The notes beneath the pieces were generated by a model, which did not search any database, was not told the origin of the DNA, and saw only the letters and a program-made list of their open reading frames with translations. From NCBI GenBank assembly GCA_963747235.1, contig CAVVEU010000013.1:64001-128000 (forward strand): DNA of 64,000 nt, in the 5' to 3' direction. The DNA comes from an uncultured Candidatus Rokubacteria bacterium. Its GTDB lineage: Bacteria > Methylomirabilota > Methylomirabilia > Rokubacteriales > CSP1-6. Of the stretch, positions 22,302 through 34,558 are shown in pieces. Made by a program: the position numbers and the translations under genes. Numbering within the stretch: the first letter of the stretch is position 1; each line of letters opens with the position of its first letter.

Positions 22302-23177
22302 ATGCCAGATCTCATCTCGATCGTCTACCTCTCCGGCCTCATCGTTCTTGTTCTGGCGGCGCGGGAGCACATCACGCACTGGTACTGGCTAGTGGCGAGG
22401 TACGCCATCCTCCTGGGACTGCAGGCGGGCGTGGCCGCGGGCAGAGGCCGTGGTTTGCCCCGGATCATTATCGCCTTCTTCCCGTTGGTCCCGGTTCTGG
22501 GGATCTACGACTCGCTGGGATTCATCCCAGAGCTGAACCCCGGAGACCGGGACGACCTCTTGATCTGGCTCGACCGGGTCGTCGTGGGCGGAGACCCGAG
22601 CGTTTGGCTTGAGCGGATCAGCGCCCCCTGGCTCACCGAAGTCCTCCAGCTTGCGTACTTGGTGTACTACGCGCTTCCGTTCGTGTTGCTCGGGGCCCTC
22701 TACTGCCGGCGGGTTCGCTTCGCGAAGGAACCTGGAGAGACACGCGAAGACGGAGGGGCCTTCGAGCTGTGCGTCATCGCTCTTCTCCTGTCCCACTACT
22801 TCGCATTCTTGGGCTACATGGCAATCCCGGCCCTCGGGCCCCGATTCGTCCTGGCGCCCAGCTACGGAGCGGAACTCACCGGCCTCCTTGTCGCCGAACC
22901 GATCCGGCACTTCCTCGACGCGGTGGAGGGAATCAAGCGCGACGCGTTCCCCAGCGGCCACGTGTCCGCGGTCTTGATCAGTGTCCACTACATGTTTCGC
23001 TTCACGCCGCGCCTGGCCTGCTGCGCCCTGCCGGCGGTCTGCCTCATGATCTTCGCGACACTGTACCTCCGCTACCACTATGCCGCCGATATCCTGGGAG
23101 GCGGGATGCTCGCCGCGTTCTGTGTGCTTCTGGCCCCCCGACTCCTTCGTCACGAGCGCCCCACCTCCTGGACGTAA
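22302..23177 (+). CDS. PAP2-superfamily membrane phosphotransferase (Aur1/IPC-synthase-like); start could be GTG 22248
   Basis: Multiple TM helices; PALGPR, RDAFPSGHV, LRYHYAADILGG motifs. Confidence 0.85.
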   Translation: MPDLISIVYLSGLIVLVLAAREHITHWYWLVARYAILLGLQAGVAAGRGRGLPRIIIAFFPLVPVLGIYDSLGFIPELNPGDRDDLLIWLDRVVVGGDPSVWLERISAPWLTEVLQLAYLVYYALPFVLLGALYCRRVRFAKEPGETREDGGAFELCVIALLLSHYFAFLGYMAIPALGPRFVLAPSYGAELTGLLVAEPIRHFLDAVEGIKRDAFPSGHVSAVLISVHYMFRFTPRLACCALPAVCLMIFATLYLRYHYAADILGGGMLAAFCVLLAPRLLRHERPTSWT

Positions 23178-23322
23178 GCGTCCGGCAGTTCGCGCTGCAC
23201 CGCGTTCGCATTGAGACGCGCAAGACCGTGGAGCGCCCGGGGCAGCGTATCGAGACCGGGATCCCTCGACGCTTGACGCCCGCCAGACAAGTGTTTTATG
23301 TTATTCGGGCTCCCGTACAGGA

Positions 23323-23342
23323 AGTGTTTCGTTTGGAACACT
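23323..23342. promoter_or_regulatory. Palindromic operator AGTGTT-N8-AACACT (Crp-family-like TGT-N10-ACA)
   Basis: Perfect 6-8-6 inverted repeat about 130 bp upstream of the FAAL fusion gene. Confidence 0.5.
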
Positions 23343-23472
23343 CGGAGGGGGGGTCGAGTGGTACCCTAAGACGAGTCGACGAATACCCCCGCGAGGATGC
23401 CCAGATCAACACGTGAGCTTCGAGAGCCGGCGACCCGGGTGAACGTGCCCGGCTTCCCGAGCTAGCCCCGCC

Positions 23473-26898
<3,426 letters not shown>

Positions 26899-26971
26899 GC
26901 GTCGGCCGGGGCCGCGGGCCTCGCGCGCTCGGCCTCGAGCGCCCTTCGGGCGGTCGACCCGGGCGGGGACC

Positions 26972-27181
26972 TCAGGCGAAGTTCTTCAGCACCTCGGTGC
27001 AGCCACAGAGAATGTCGGGGGCGCGGTCCACCGGCGCCTGATAGGTGCGGGAGCCGCGGCTTCCGTCCGCCGCCGTGTCTCCCGCGCGGGCCCACGCCTC
27101 GGCGGTCCAGAGGCACGCCACGAGGGTCAGTGCCGGCACGAGCACCAGCGTCGATCGTCCGGGCATGCGGGTTCGATTCAT
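26972..27181 (-). pseudogene. Probable gene remnant: signal peptide plus N-terminus resembling Tim44-like domain proteins
   Basis: AEAWARAG..GSRGSRTYQAP followed by abrupt loss of similarity. Confidence 0.3.
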
Positions 27182-27501
27182 CGCCTGATCCAGAGGCGCG
27201 GAGCCACGGACGGGGACGCAGCAGCGGTCACGACGCTGTTCATGACGTGTGCCTCCGTCATCGACCTTGCGGAGCCTGGATCAGGCGCGGTGCTCTCGAT
27301 GAACCGTGGCTGGAGTCGTCCCATCAGAAGCTGAGTCTAGCCGGCCCGTTCCCAGGGTCGGTATTGGACCTTGGGGCACCCGGGCGCGGGTCGAATCCGG
27401 GCCTAAGGCCGTAGACCCAAGAGCCAGTAGGCCGCCGGGCGCGGGCTGCGTAGAGTCGCGCCAAGCAAGGCGCTGTCAACTATCGCAGGAGGTACGAACA
27501 C

Positions 27502-28104
27502 ATGAAGCAGAAACCCACACGCATAGGAGTGATGCTGAGCGCGATCCTGGCGCTGACCGTGCTCTTCGGAGCCGGTTGCGCGAGCGGGCCGTACGAAGAC
27601 CCCCGCAACTTCGGGCCGGCCGGTCCGATCGGGTTGACGGGCCCGCAGGGCCCGCAGGGCCCGACGGGCCCGAACGGCGTGGCCGGCATTCAGGGTCCCG
27701 GCGGGCCGCAGGGCGTGACGGGTCCGGAGGGCGTGATGGGGCCGCAGGGCCCGCAGCGTCCCTGGGTCACATTCGCTGACTTTCTTTTCGACTTCGATCG
27801 CAGCGCGATCCGCGGCTCGGAGACCGGCAAGGTCGACAAGCTCAACCAGTACATGAAGGAGCATCCCGGTATCGAGGTCGGCCTCGATGGCCACGCGGAT
27901 CCTCGCGGGACCGCGGCGTACAACCAGCCCCTCAGCCAGCGTCGCGTGGACGCGGTGAAGGCGGCCCTGGTGAACGCGGGCATCGCCTCGGACAAGATCT
28001 CGACCGGCGCGTTCGGCGAGTCGCAGCCGAAGTGCTCGCAGGCGACCGAGGAGTGCTGGCAGCGTGACCGTCGCGTCGAAGTGCTCGTGCGGCGCCTGGA
28101 GTAG
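27502..28104 (+). CDS. OmpA-family lipoprotein with collagen-like (Gly-X-Y)16 linker
   Basis: Lipobox FGAG-C; 16 uninterrupted G-X-Y triplets; FDFDRS..GHADPRG..YNQPLSQRR..RDRRVEV. Confidence 0.9.
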   Translation: MKQKPTRIGVMLSAILALTVLFGAGCASGPYEDPRNFGPAGPIGLTGPQGPQGPTGPNGVAGIQGPGGPQGVTGPEGVMGPQGPQRPWVTFADFLFDFDRSAIRGSETGKVDKLNQYMKEHPGIEVGLDGHADPRGTAAYNQPLSQRRVDAVKAALVNAGIASDKISTGAFGESQPKCSQATEECWQRDRRVEVLVRRLE

Positions 28105-28115
28105 AGGATCAACCC

Positions 28116-28760
28116 ATGAGAATTCTCACGAGCCTGATCGCGGTGGCGGCCCTGTCCGGGTGCGCCTACCAGAGTGGATACATCGATCCGCAGGGCGTAT
28201 GGATCGCGAAGGGCGAGCCGTACGCGAAGGGCACGTGCCGCTCGAACGCGCCGTACGTCATGGGGCCGCAGGGCCCGACGGGAGCCCCCGGGACTCCGGG
28301 ATTGGCTGGAGGACCGGGTGGGCCCGGAATCGCTGGACCGATGGGCCCGCAGGGCCCGCCGGGGCTGGCGGGGCCGGCGGGAGCGGTTGGGGTGACCGGT
28401 CGGGGGGGCCGACCCGGCGCGGGCGGCTGGTCCTCGATGGAGAACGTGAATTTCAAGTACGGCAGCTCCGATCTGCAGGAGAAGTGCAAGGAGAAGCTCG
28501 CGAACTTCGCCCTGTGGATGCAGAACAACCCGCTGGCCCAGGTGAGCCTCGACGGCCACCAGAGCGACGCGGATGATCGGAACCAGGTGCTGGCCGGCAA
28601 TCGCGTCACCGCGGTCAGGAATGAGCTCATCAGGCTGGGCGCCTCGCCCGACCGCATCACGGTCGGCTCCAACGGGAGACAGAGGCCGGTCTGCAACGCT
28701 TCCACGGATACGTGTCTGGAGTTGAACCGGAGGGTCGAGATTCTCGCAGTCAGATCCTGA
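28116..28760 (+). CDS. Second OmpA-family lipoprotein with collagen-like (Gly-X-Y)19 linker
   Basis: Lipobox LSG-C; 19 G-X-Y triplets; NFKYGSS..LDGH..NRRVEI. Confidence 0.88.
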   Translation: MRILTSLIAVAALSGCAYQSGYIDPQGVWIAKGEPYAKGTCRSNAPYVMGPQGPTGAPGTPGLAGGPGGPGIAGPMGPQGPPGLAGPAGAVGVTGRGGRPGAGGWSSMENVNFKYGSSDLQEKCKEKLANFALWMQNNPLAQVSLDGHQSDADDRNQVLAGNRVTAVRNELIRLGASPDRITVGSNGRQRPVCNASTDTCLELNRRVEILAVRS

Positions 28761-28767
28761 GGTCATC

Positions 28768-28809
28768 AGGGCAGCCCCTCCGCGCTCCTTCTCGCGGAGG
28801 GGATGCCCT
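28768..28809. terminator. GC-rich stem-loop after the OmpA pair (no U-tract)
   Basis: AGGGCAgCCCCTCCGCG-loop-CGCGGAGGGGaTGCCCT. Confidence 0.45.
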
Positions 28810-28831
28810 CTACCCCGAGAGAGGACAGGAC

Positions 28832-29686
28832 ATGAAGAGGTCGCTTCACGAGAGTGGCAGGGCCGCGGTCGGGACCATCATCGTCGTGGTGCTCATCGTG
28901 CTGATCGCGGGCGGCGTGTGGACCTACTCGTCCCGGCGCGCGGCCGGGGTGCGCGACACCCTGCGGCTGGTCAAGGACACCTCGCAGGACACGGCCACCA
29001 CCACCAAGGTCAAGACCGCGCTGCTGCTCTCGAAGCACGTCTCGGCTTTCGACACCACGGTGGCAACCGCTCGAGGTGAAGTCACCTTGACGCGGAGAAG
29101 TGCCGACCGAGGAAGTCAAGGGGCTGGCCGCCGCCATCGCGCGGGACACCACCGGCGTCAGCGCCGTGCACAACAATCTGACCGTCAATCCCGGCGTCGG
29201 AGCCAACCCGGAGGCGGCGAGCATCGGCGATCGCGTGGCGGATCTCGAGATCAAGACCCTCGTCACCGATCACCTCGCCCAGTCGGCCGAGCTGCAGAAC
29301 GAGCACATCACGGTGCAGGTGAGCAAGCGGCGCGTCTCGCTGGAGGGAACGGTGGACTCGCGCGGGCCAGCGGCGCGTGGCCGACCGGATCGCCCTGCTG
29401 GTGCCCGGCGTGCATGGAGCTCACGAGCAATCTCACCGTCACCACCGCCGCGGGCGCCCCCGAGAGCCCGGACGACAAGCTGGCGCATCGCGTGGAGTTC
29501 GAGCTGTACGCGACGAAGGCGGTGGCGCTCAAGGAGGTGCAGGTCCGATCGCAGGACGGGTCGGTCTACCTCAGCGGCAAGGTGGGCTCCCGCGCCGAGA
29601 AGCTGCTGGCGGAGCGGGTGACCCAGTCGGTCGAGGGCGTGAAGAAGGTCGTCAACAACCTGAGCGCCTCGGAAGAGCCGCGGTAG
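28832..29686 (+). CDS. Membrane-anchored protein with three BON domains (OsmY-like), frameshifted
   Basis: N-terminal TM; three repeats of the pattern D..(I/L)..V...L....V....G.V.L.G.V...GV..V.NNL.V. Confidence 0.85.
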   Translation: MKRSLHESGRAAVGTIIVVVLIVLIAGGVWTYSSRRAAGVRDTLRLVKDTSQDTATTTKVKTALLLSKHVSAFDTTVATARGEVTLTRRSADRGSQGAGRRHRAGHHRRQRRAQQSDRQSRRRSQPGGGEHRRSRGGSRDQDPRHRSPRPVGRAAERAHHGAGEQAARLAGGNGGLARASGAWPTGSPCWCPACMELTSNLTVTTAAGAPESPDDKLAHRVEFELYATKAVALKEVQVRSQDGSVYLSGKVGSRAEKLLAERVTQSVEGVKKVVNNLSASEEPR

Positions 29687-29732
29687 GCGTAGCGCACCCT
29701 GGAGTCCCGTCAGTGGTGGGGGGTGATGACGC

Positions 29733-29813
29733 ATGGAGACCCTGTTGATCGTTCTCCTGGTGGTGTTCCTGCTGGGTGGTGGAGGCTGGGGGTATTCTCG
29801 TTGGCGCCGGTAG
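29733..29813 (+). CDS. 26-aa membrane peptide (DUF3309-like)
   Basis: METLLIVLLVVFLLGGGGWGYSRWRR*; below the ORF-track size cutoff. Confidence 0.7.
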   Translation: METLLIVLLVVFLLGGGGWGYSRWRR

Positions 29814-29958
29814 CCGGCCGCGCTGGACGGGAAGCCGAAGCTCCCGCCTCGCATCGGCCGCAAGGACCTGCAGGATCCCGATCGCGATGTGACGGAGCCG
29901 GCCCGGCCGGCTCCGGCCGACGACAGGAAGCAAGCCTCCTCTTCTTCTGCCTAGCCGC

Positions 29959-31325
29959 TGTCATTGACAAGTGATCTGGCCGCTCGCGTTTGACACGTGA
30001 TCTGACCGCTCCGGGTTGGGGCTCACGCCGCGCGCGCCCGGACGGGCCGGCCGGTGGCGCGTAAACCACCCCAGGCAGCGGGGCCCCCACCAGACCGAAT
30101 GCCGCCCGTCGAGATGCCGCCGCACGAGGACGCGCAGGCCCGCGCAGCTGCGCCGGCCCCGCTGTTTGTCGATCTGCAGCACCACGCCGTCGAGGACGAG
30201 GGTGTTGTCCCGCGCCGACGCAGCGCTCTTCCTCGTGGCAGAGGATCTGGTCGAGGTCCGGCTGCCGCCCCACGGGCACGAAGGCACTGCTGGGATCGGC
30301 CGGGGCGCGGGCAAAGCGCGCGTTGTAGTCCGGAATGAACCGCGCGCGCAGATAGCGATTCGCCGCTGCGCGGGTCCGGATCCCGGCGACCCGCAGCTCG
30401 TTGACGAGCCGCCCTTGCAGCGTGCCGTTGGCGCGCTCGCTCCGCCCCCGGGCCTGCGGCGAGCAAGCTCACGATGTGCTCGATGCCGAGCCGGGCCAGG
30501 GCCCGGCCCGACCTGGGTCCGCTTGGTGCGATCGGGGGCGCTGCCCGACGTCGGCGTGTAGACGGCCCAGCCGGCGCGATCGGTGTACAGCGCCCCGGGG
30601 ATGCCGTGCTGCCTCGAGCACCGCCCGCAGGGCCGTCATGATGGCCGCCAAACTCTCGCCCCCGGCCACGAGCTGAGCGTAGAGCAACCGCTTGGTCGCG
30701 TCGTCCACCACGGCGATGAGGGTCTGCTGGGCGTCGGCGACCAACGCCAGCCACGGGTGCCGACTGCCATCGAGGTGCAGCAGTTCCCCAAAGCACGGGC
30801 GCGGCGCGCGGCGGCGCCGATGCCGCCCGCGCGGGCGCCGCTTGCCCGACCAAGCCGGCGGTCTGCAGCGCGCGCTTCACGAAGCTGTACGACAGGCGCA
30901 CGCCATGGTCGCGGCCCGCCACCTGGTAGAAGTGCCGGATGTTGTAGCCGGGATGGCCGTCGCGCGGCCCGTACCGCTCCCGGTACAGCTGCAGGAGCTG
31001 CTGCACGGCTCGGCCAGCCGGCACCGCCCGCGGCGAGGGGCACCGCCGCCGGTGATCGACCAGCCCGTCGTAGCCATACCGCTCATACCGCCACCGCAGC
31101 CGCCGCACCGTGCGCGGACTCACGCCCAGCACGTCGGCGACCTGCAGCCAGCTTTGCCGCCCACTCAAGGCCCGCAAGATGGCCTCCTGCACTTTCATGA
31201 CGCGCTCCACGGCCGCCCGGGTGTAGGCCATCGCCACCTCCCTGCGGCGATGACACCCCGTCGGCCCGTTGTGGAGCGGTCAGATCACGTGCTCTCGGGA
31301 GCCCGCCCCTTCCTGCCGCTTGACG
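29959..31325 (-). mobile_element. Insertion sequence, IS1202/ISNCY-like
   Basis: End TGTCATTGACAAG at 29959. Subterminal repeats TGACA(A/C)GTGATCTG(G/A)CCGCTC at 29965-29985 and 29991-30011, with an inverted copy at 31274-31294. The other end is degenerate (TGACG at 31321-31325). Confidence 0.8.
30023..31231 (-). CDS. DDE transposase (HTH + integrase core), frameshifted
   Basis: VADVLGVSPRTVRR HTH; GELLHLDGS.H.W; VDDAT; LYTDR; SPQARGRSER..TLQGRL. Confidence 0.9.
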   Translation of the reverse strand: MAYTRAAVERVMKVQEAILRALSGRQSWLQVADVLGVSPRTVRRLRWRYERYGYDGLVDHRRRCPSPRAVPAGRAVQQLLQLYRERYGPRDGHPGYNIRHFYQVAGRDHGVRLSYSFVKRALQTAGLVGQAAPARAASAPPRAAPVLWGTAAPRWQSAPVAGVGRRRPADPHRRGGRRDQAVALRSARGRGREFGGHHDGPAGGARGSTASPGRCTPIAPAGPSTRRRRAAPPIAPSGPRSGRALARLGIEHIVSLLAAGPGAERARQRHAARAARQRAAGRRDPDPRSGESLSARAVHSGLQRALCPRPGRSQQCLRARGAAAGPRPDPLPRGRALRRRGTTPSSSTAWCCRSTNSGAGAAARACASSCGGISTGGIRSGGGPAAWGGLRATGRPVRARAA

Positions 31326-31441
31326 CTGTGCCCCCGCCGGGGCAGTATCCCCCAACGACACGGAGGTCGCGGGGCCTGGCCAAGGGGGCCGCGGTCGGCG
31401 CGCGCATGGAGGCAGGGCGAGCGGTCAATAGGGGGACGGTC

Positions 31442-33493
31442 ATGGTCGACCTCGGGCGAACGCCTCGGACACGCCGGCGCAGGTCCCGGTTCCTGATTGC
31501 CCTGCTGGTGGGGCTCCTCACCGCGATGGTGGCCGCGGGCGCCCTGGCCCAGGCGGGCAAGAGCGGCCTGATCGGCAAGCTGGAAGGACCGGAGGTCGTC
31601 ACCGACCCCGCGAAGTTCCCCAAGACGCTCAACGAGGCCCCGCAGCTCGCGGCGCTGGTCAAGGCGGGCAAGCTGCCGCCGGTGGCCGAGCGCGTCGGGC
31701 AGGACCCGCTGGTCATCAAGCCCCTGCGCGAGATCGGCAAGTACGGCGGGACGTGGCGCGCCGGGTTCACCGGCCCCGCCGACTTCTGGAACGGGTTCCG
31801 GTGCTGCTCGGGGCCGGACCATCTGATGTTCTGGGACTACACGGGCGACAAGGTCCTGCCGAACCTCGCCCGGGGCCTCGAGATGCAGGACGGCGGGCGC
31901 GCGTGGCTCCTGCACCTGCGCCGCGGCATGAAGTGGAGCGACGGCAAGCCGTTCACCGCCGACGACTTCGTGTTCTGGTTCGAGGACGTCTACCGGAACA
32001 AGGACCTGATCCCGACCCCGTCCGCGGCCATGGCCATCAACGGCAAGCAGGGCACGATCGAGAAGGTCGATACCTACACCGTGCGGTACAAGTTCCCCGA
32101 GCCCTACTTCATGCTGCCCGACGTGCTGGCCGGCTCCACCGACCTCGCCGGCCAGATGTTCGGGTACCGCGGCATGGGCGGCTTCGCTCCCGCCCACTAC
32201 ATGAAGCAGTTCCACCCGAAGTACGCGGGAGCGGCCGAGCTGGACCGGAAGGTCAAGGAGGCGAAGTTCGACAGCTGGGTGCGCATGTTCCTGGCCAAGA
32301 ACGACTGGGCGCTCAACCCGGATCTGCCGGTGCTCTCGGCCTGGAAGACGGTGACGCCGATCAACACGCCGACGTGGACGCTCGAGCGCAACCCCTACAG
32401 CGTCTTCGTGGACACGGCGGGCAACCAGCTGCCCTACATCGACCGCGTGGTCCTGACGCTGGCGGAGAACCTGGAGGTGCTGAACCTGCGCGCGATCGCC
32501 GGCGAGTACGACTACGCGTCGAGGCACGTCGACCTCGGCAAGCTCCCGGTCTTCATCGAGAACCAGCAGAAGGGCGGGTACAAGGTCTATCTGGATCCCG
32601 GCGACTACGGCGGGGACATGATCATCAAGTTCAACCTGAACTACGACGCCGACCCGGAGATCGGCAAGTGGTTCAACACCGCCGACTTCCGGCGCGCGCT
32701 CGCGCTCGGCATCGACCGCGACCAGATCAACGAGACCTTCTGGCTCGGCACGGGCACGCCCAGCTCGGTGGTGCCCGCGGACGGCAACAAGTACAACCCG
32801 GGTCCGCAGTACCGGAAGATGTGGGCCACCCTCGACGTCAAGAAGGCCAACGAGATGCTCGACAAGATCGGGCTCGCCAAGAAGGACGGCGAGGGCTACC
32901 GCCTGCGCGCGGACGGCAAGGGCCGGCTGCGCATCGAGATCATGACGCTCGGCGGCCAGTTCGTGCAGTACACGCAGATCTCGGAGATGATCCGCGAGCA
33001 GTGGAAGAAGATCGGCATCGACCTCACGGTGCAGGAGGTCGAGCGCAGCCTGGCCCTCAAGCGGACCGCGGCCAACGAGCAGCAGCTCGGCGCGTGGAAC
33101 AACGACGGCAGCGAGCACCTGTTCACCTTCCCGCTCCACGTGTTTCCCTTCGAGCTCGCCGCGGTCGCCTCGTCCGGGCCGCTCTACGTCAAGTGGTTCC
33201 ACTCCGCCGGCGCGCAGGGCAAGGAGCCCGAGCCGCGGATGAAGGAGCTGATGGAGAAGTGGAAGAAGGCCTTCGGCGTGCCCGAGAAGGAGCGGATCCA
33301 GCTCGGCAAGGAGATCTGGAAGATCGCCGCCGAGGAGGTCTACATCATCGGCGTGATCGGCATGGGGCCGGCCTCGATGGGCGTGCGCGTCGTCAAGAAC
33401 AACATGGGCAACATCCCGTCGCGCCAGTACAACAGCCCGGACGGCAAGACCCCGGGCATCTCGCGTCCGGCGACGTTCTTCTACAAGAACTAG
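31442..33493 (+). CDS. ABC transporter solute-binding protein, family 5 (peptide/nickel/oligosaccharide)
   Basis: NEAPQLAALVKAGKLPPVAER..GKYGG; LRRGMKWSDGKPFTADD; ERNPY..DTAGNQLPYID; FRRALALGIDR. Confidence 0.93.
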   Translation: MVDLGRTPRTRRRRSRFLIALLVGLLTAMVAAGALAQAGKSGLIGKLEGPEVVTDPAKFPKTLNEAPQLAALVKAGKLPPVAERVGQDPLVIKPLREIGKYGGTWRAGFTGPADFWNGFRCCSGPDHLMFWDYTGDKVLPNLARGLEMQDGGRAWLLHLRRGMKWSDGKPFTADDFVFWFEDVYRNKDLIPTPSAAMAINGKQGTIEKVDTYTVRYKFPEPYFMLPDVLAGSTDLAGQMFGYRGMGGFAPAHYMKQFHPKYAGAAELDRKVKEAKFDSWVRMFLAKNDWALNPDLPVLSAWKTVTPINTPTWTLERNPYSVFVDTAGNQLPYIDRVVLTLAENLEVLNLRAIAGEYDYASRHVDLGKLPVFIENQQKGGYKVYLDPGDYGGDMIIKFNLNYDADPEIGKWFNTADFRRALALGIDRDQINETFWLGTGTPSSVVPADGNKYNPGPQYRKMWATLDVKKANEMLDKIGLAKKDGEGYRLRADGKGRLRIEIMTLGGQFVQYTQISEMIREQWKKIGIDLTVQEVERSLALKRTAANEQQLGAWNNDGSEHLFTFPLHVFPFELAAVASSGPLYVKWFHSAGAQGKEPEPRMKELMEKWKKAFGVPEKERIQLGKEIWKIAAEEVYIIGVIGMGPASMGVRVVKNNMGNIPSRQYNSPDGKTPGISRPATFFYKN

Positions 33494-33499
33494 GTCGCG

Positions 33500-33546
33500 C
33501 CCCTCACCCGACCCTCTCCCCGCCGGGGAGAGGGCCGGGTGAGGGG
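33500..33546. repeat. REP-like palindrome between the SBP and permease genes
   Basis: 22-bp stem with one mismatch: CCCCTCACCCGACCCTCTCCCC-gcc-GGGGAGAGGGCCGGGTGAGGGG. Confidence 0.7.
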
Positions 33547-33567
33547 GAGTGACCCGGGCTCCGACCC

Positions 33568-34558
33568 ATGCTCGCCTACATCGGCCGCCGCGCTCTCCTC
33601 GGGATCTTCACCGTCTGGGCGATCTCCGTCCTGGCCTTCGCCATCATCCAGCTCCCGCCCGGGCGACTACGTCACCTCCTACATCGCCCAGATGGCGTCG
33701 ATGGGCAGCGTGGTCACCGACGAGGAGGCCCAGAACCTCCGGATCCAGTACGGCCTGGGCCAGCCGATCTACGTGCAGTACTTCAAGTGGATGCGGCTGA
33801 TCGTCCAGGGCAACTTCGGCATGTCCATGGAGTGGCGGCGCCCGGTCACCGAGGTGATCGGGGAGCGCCTGTGGCTGACCGTGATCGTCTCGGTGGCGGC
33901 GCTGATCCTCACGTGGGTGCTGGCCCTGCCCATCGGCATCTACTCCGCGGTCCGGCAGTACTCGGTGGGCGACTACGTGGCGACGTTCATCGGCTTCATC
34001 GGGCTCGCGGTCCCCAACTTCCTGCTGGCCCTGGTGCTGCTCTACCTGGGATTCGTGCTGTTCAACGCCCACATCGGCGGACTCTTCTCGCCGGAGTTCC
34101 AGGACGCGGAGTGGAGCGGGGCGCGGGCGTGGGACCTGGCCAAGCACCTGCCGATCCCGGCGGTGATCCTGGGCCTGGCCGGGACCGCGCAGCAGATCCG
34201 GATCATGCGCGCGAACCTGCTCGACGAGCTGCGCAAGCCCTACGTGGTCACCGCGCGCTCGAAGGGGCTGTCGGAGACCCGGGTGATCCTGCGCTATCCG
34301 GTGCGCGTCGCGCTCAATCCGTTCGCGAGCACGATCGGCTACACGCTGCCGTACATCGTCTCGGGCAGCATCATCGTGTCGCTCGTGCTCGGATTGCCGA
34401 CGGTCGGGCCGCTCCTGCTGAAGGCCCTCATCGCCCAGGACATGTTCCTGGCCGGGACCATCGTGCTCCTGCTCGGGGTGATGACGGTGATCGGGACGCT
34501 GATCTCGGACATCGTGCTCGTGCTGATCGATCCGCGGATCCGCCTGGAGGAGACGTGA
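33568..34558 (+). CDS. ABC permease (DppB/OppB-like), frameshift near 33660
   Basis: MLAYIGRR..QLPPGD; YGLGQP..QY; EAA loop LRKPYVVTARSKGL; DPRIR. Confidence 0.92.

Noticed and set aside
27610-28430. 9-bp periodic GGx-CCG repeats as a non-coding array
   Set aside because: Fully explained by collagen Gly-X-Y codons.
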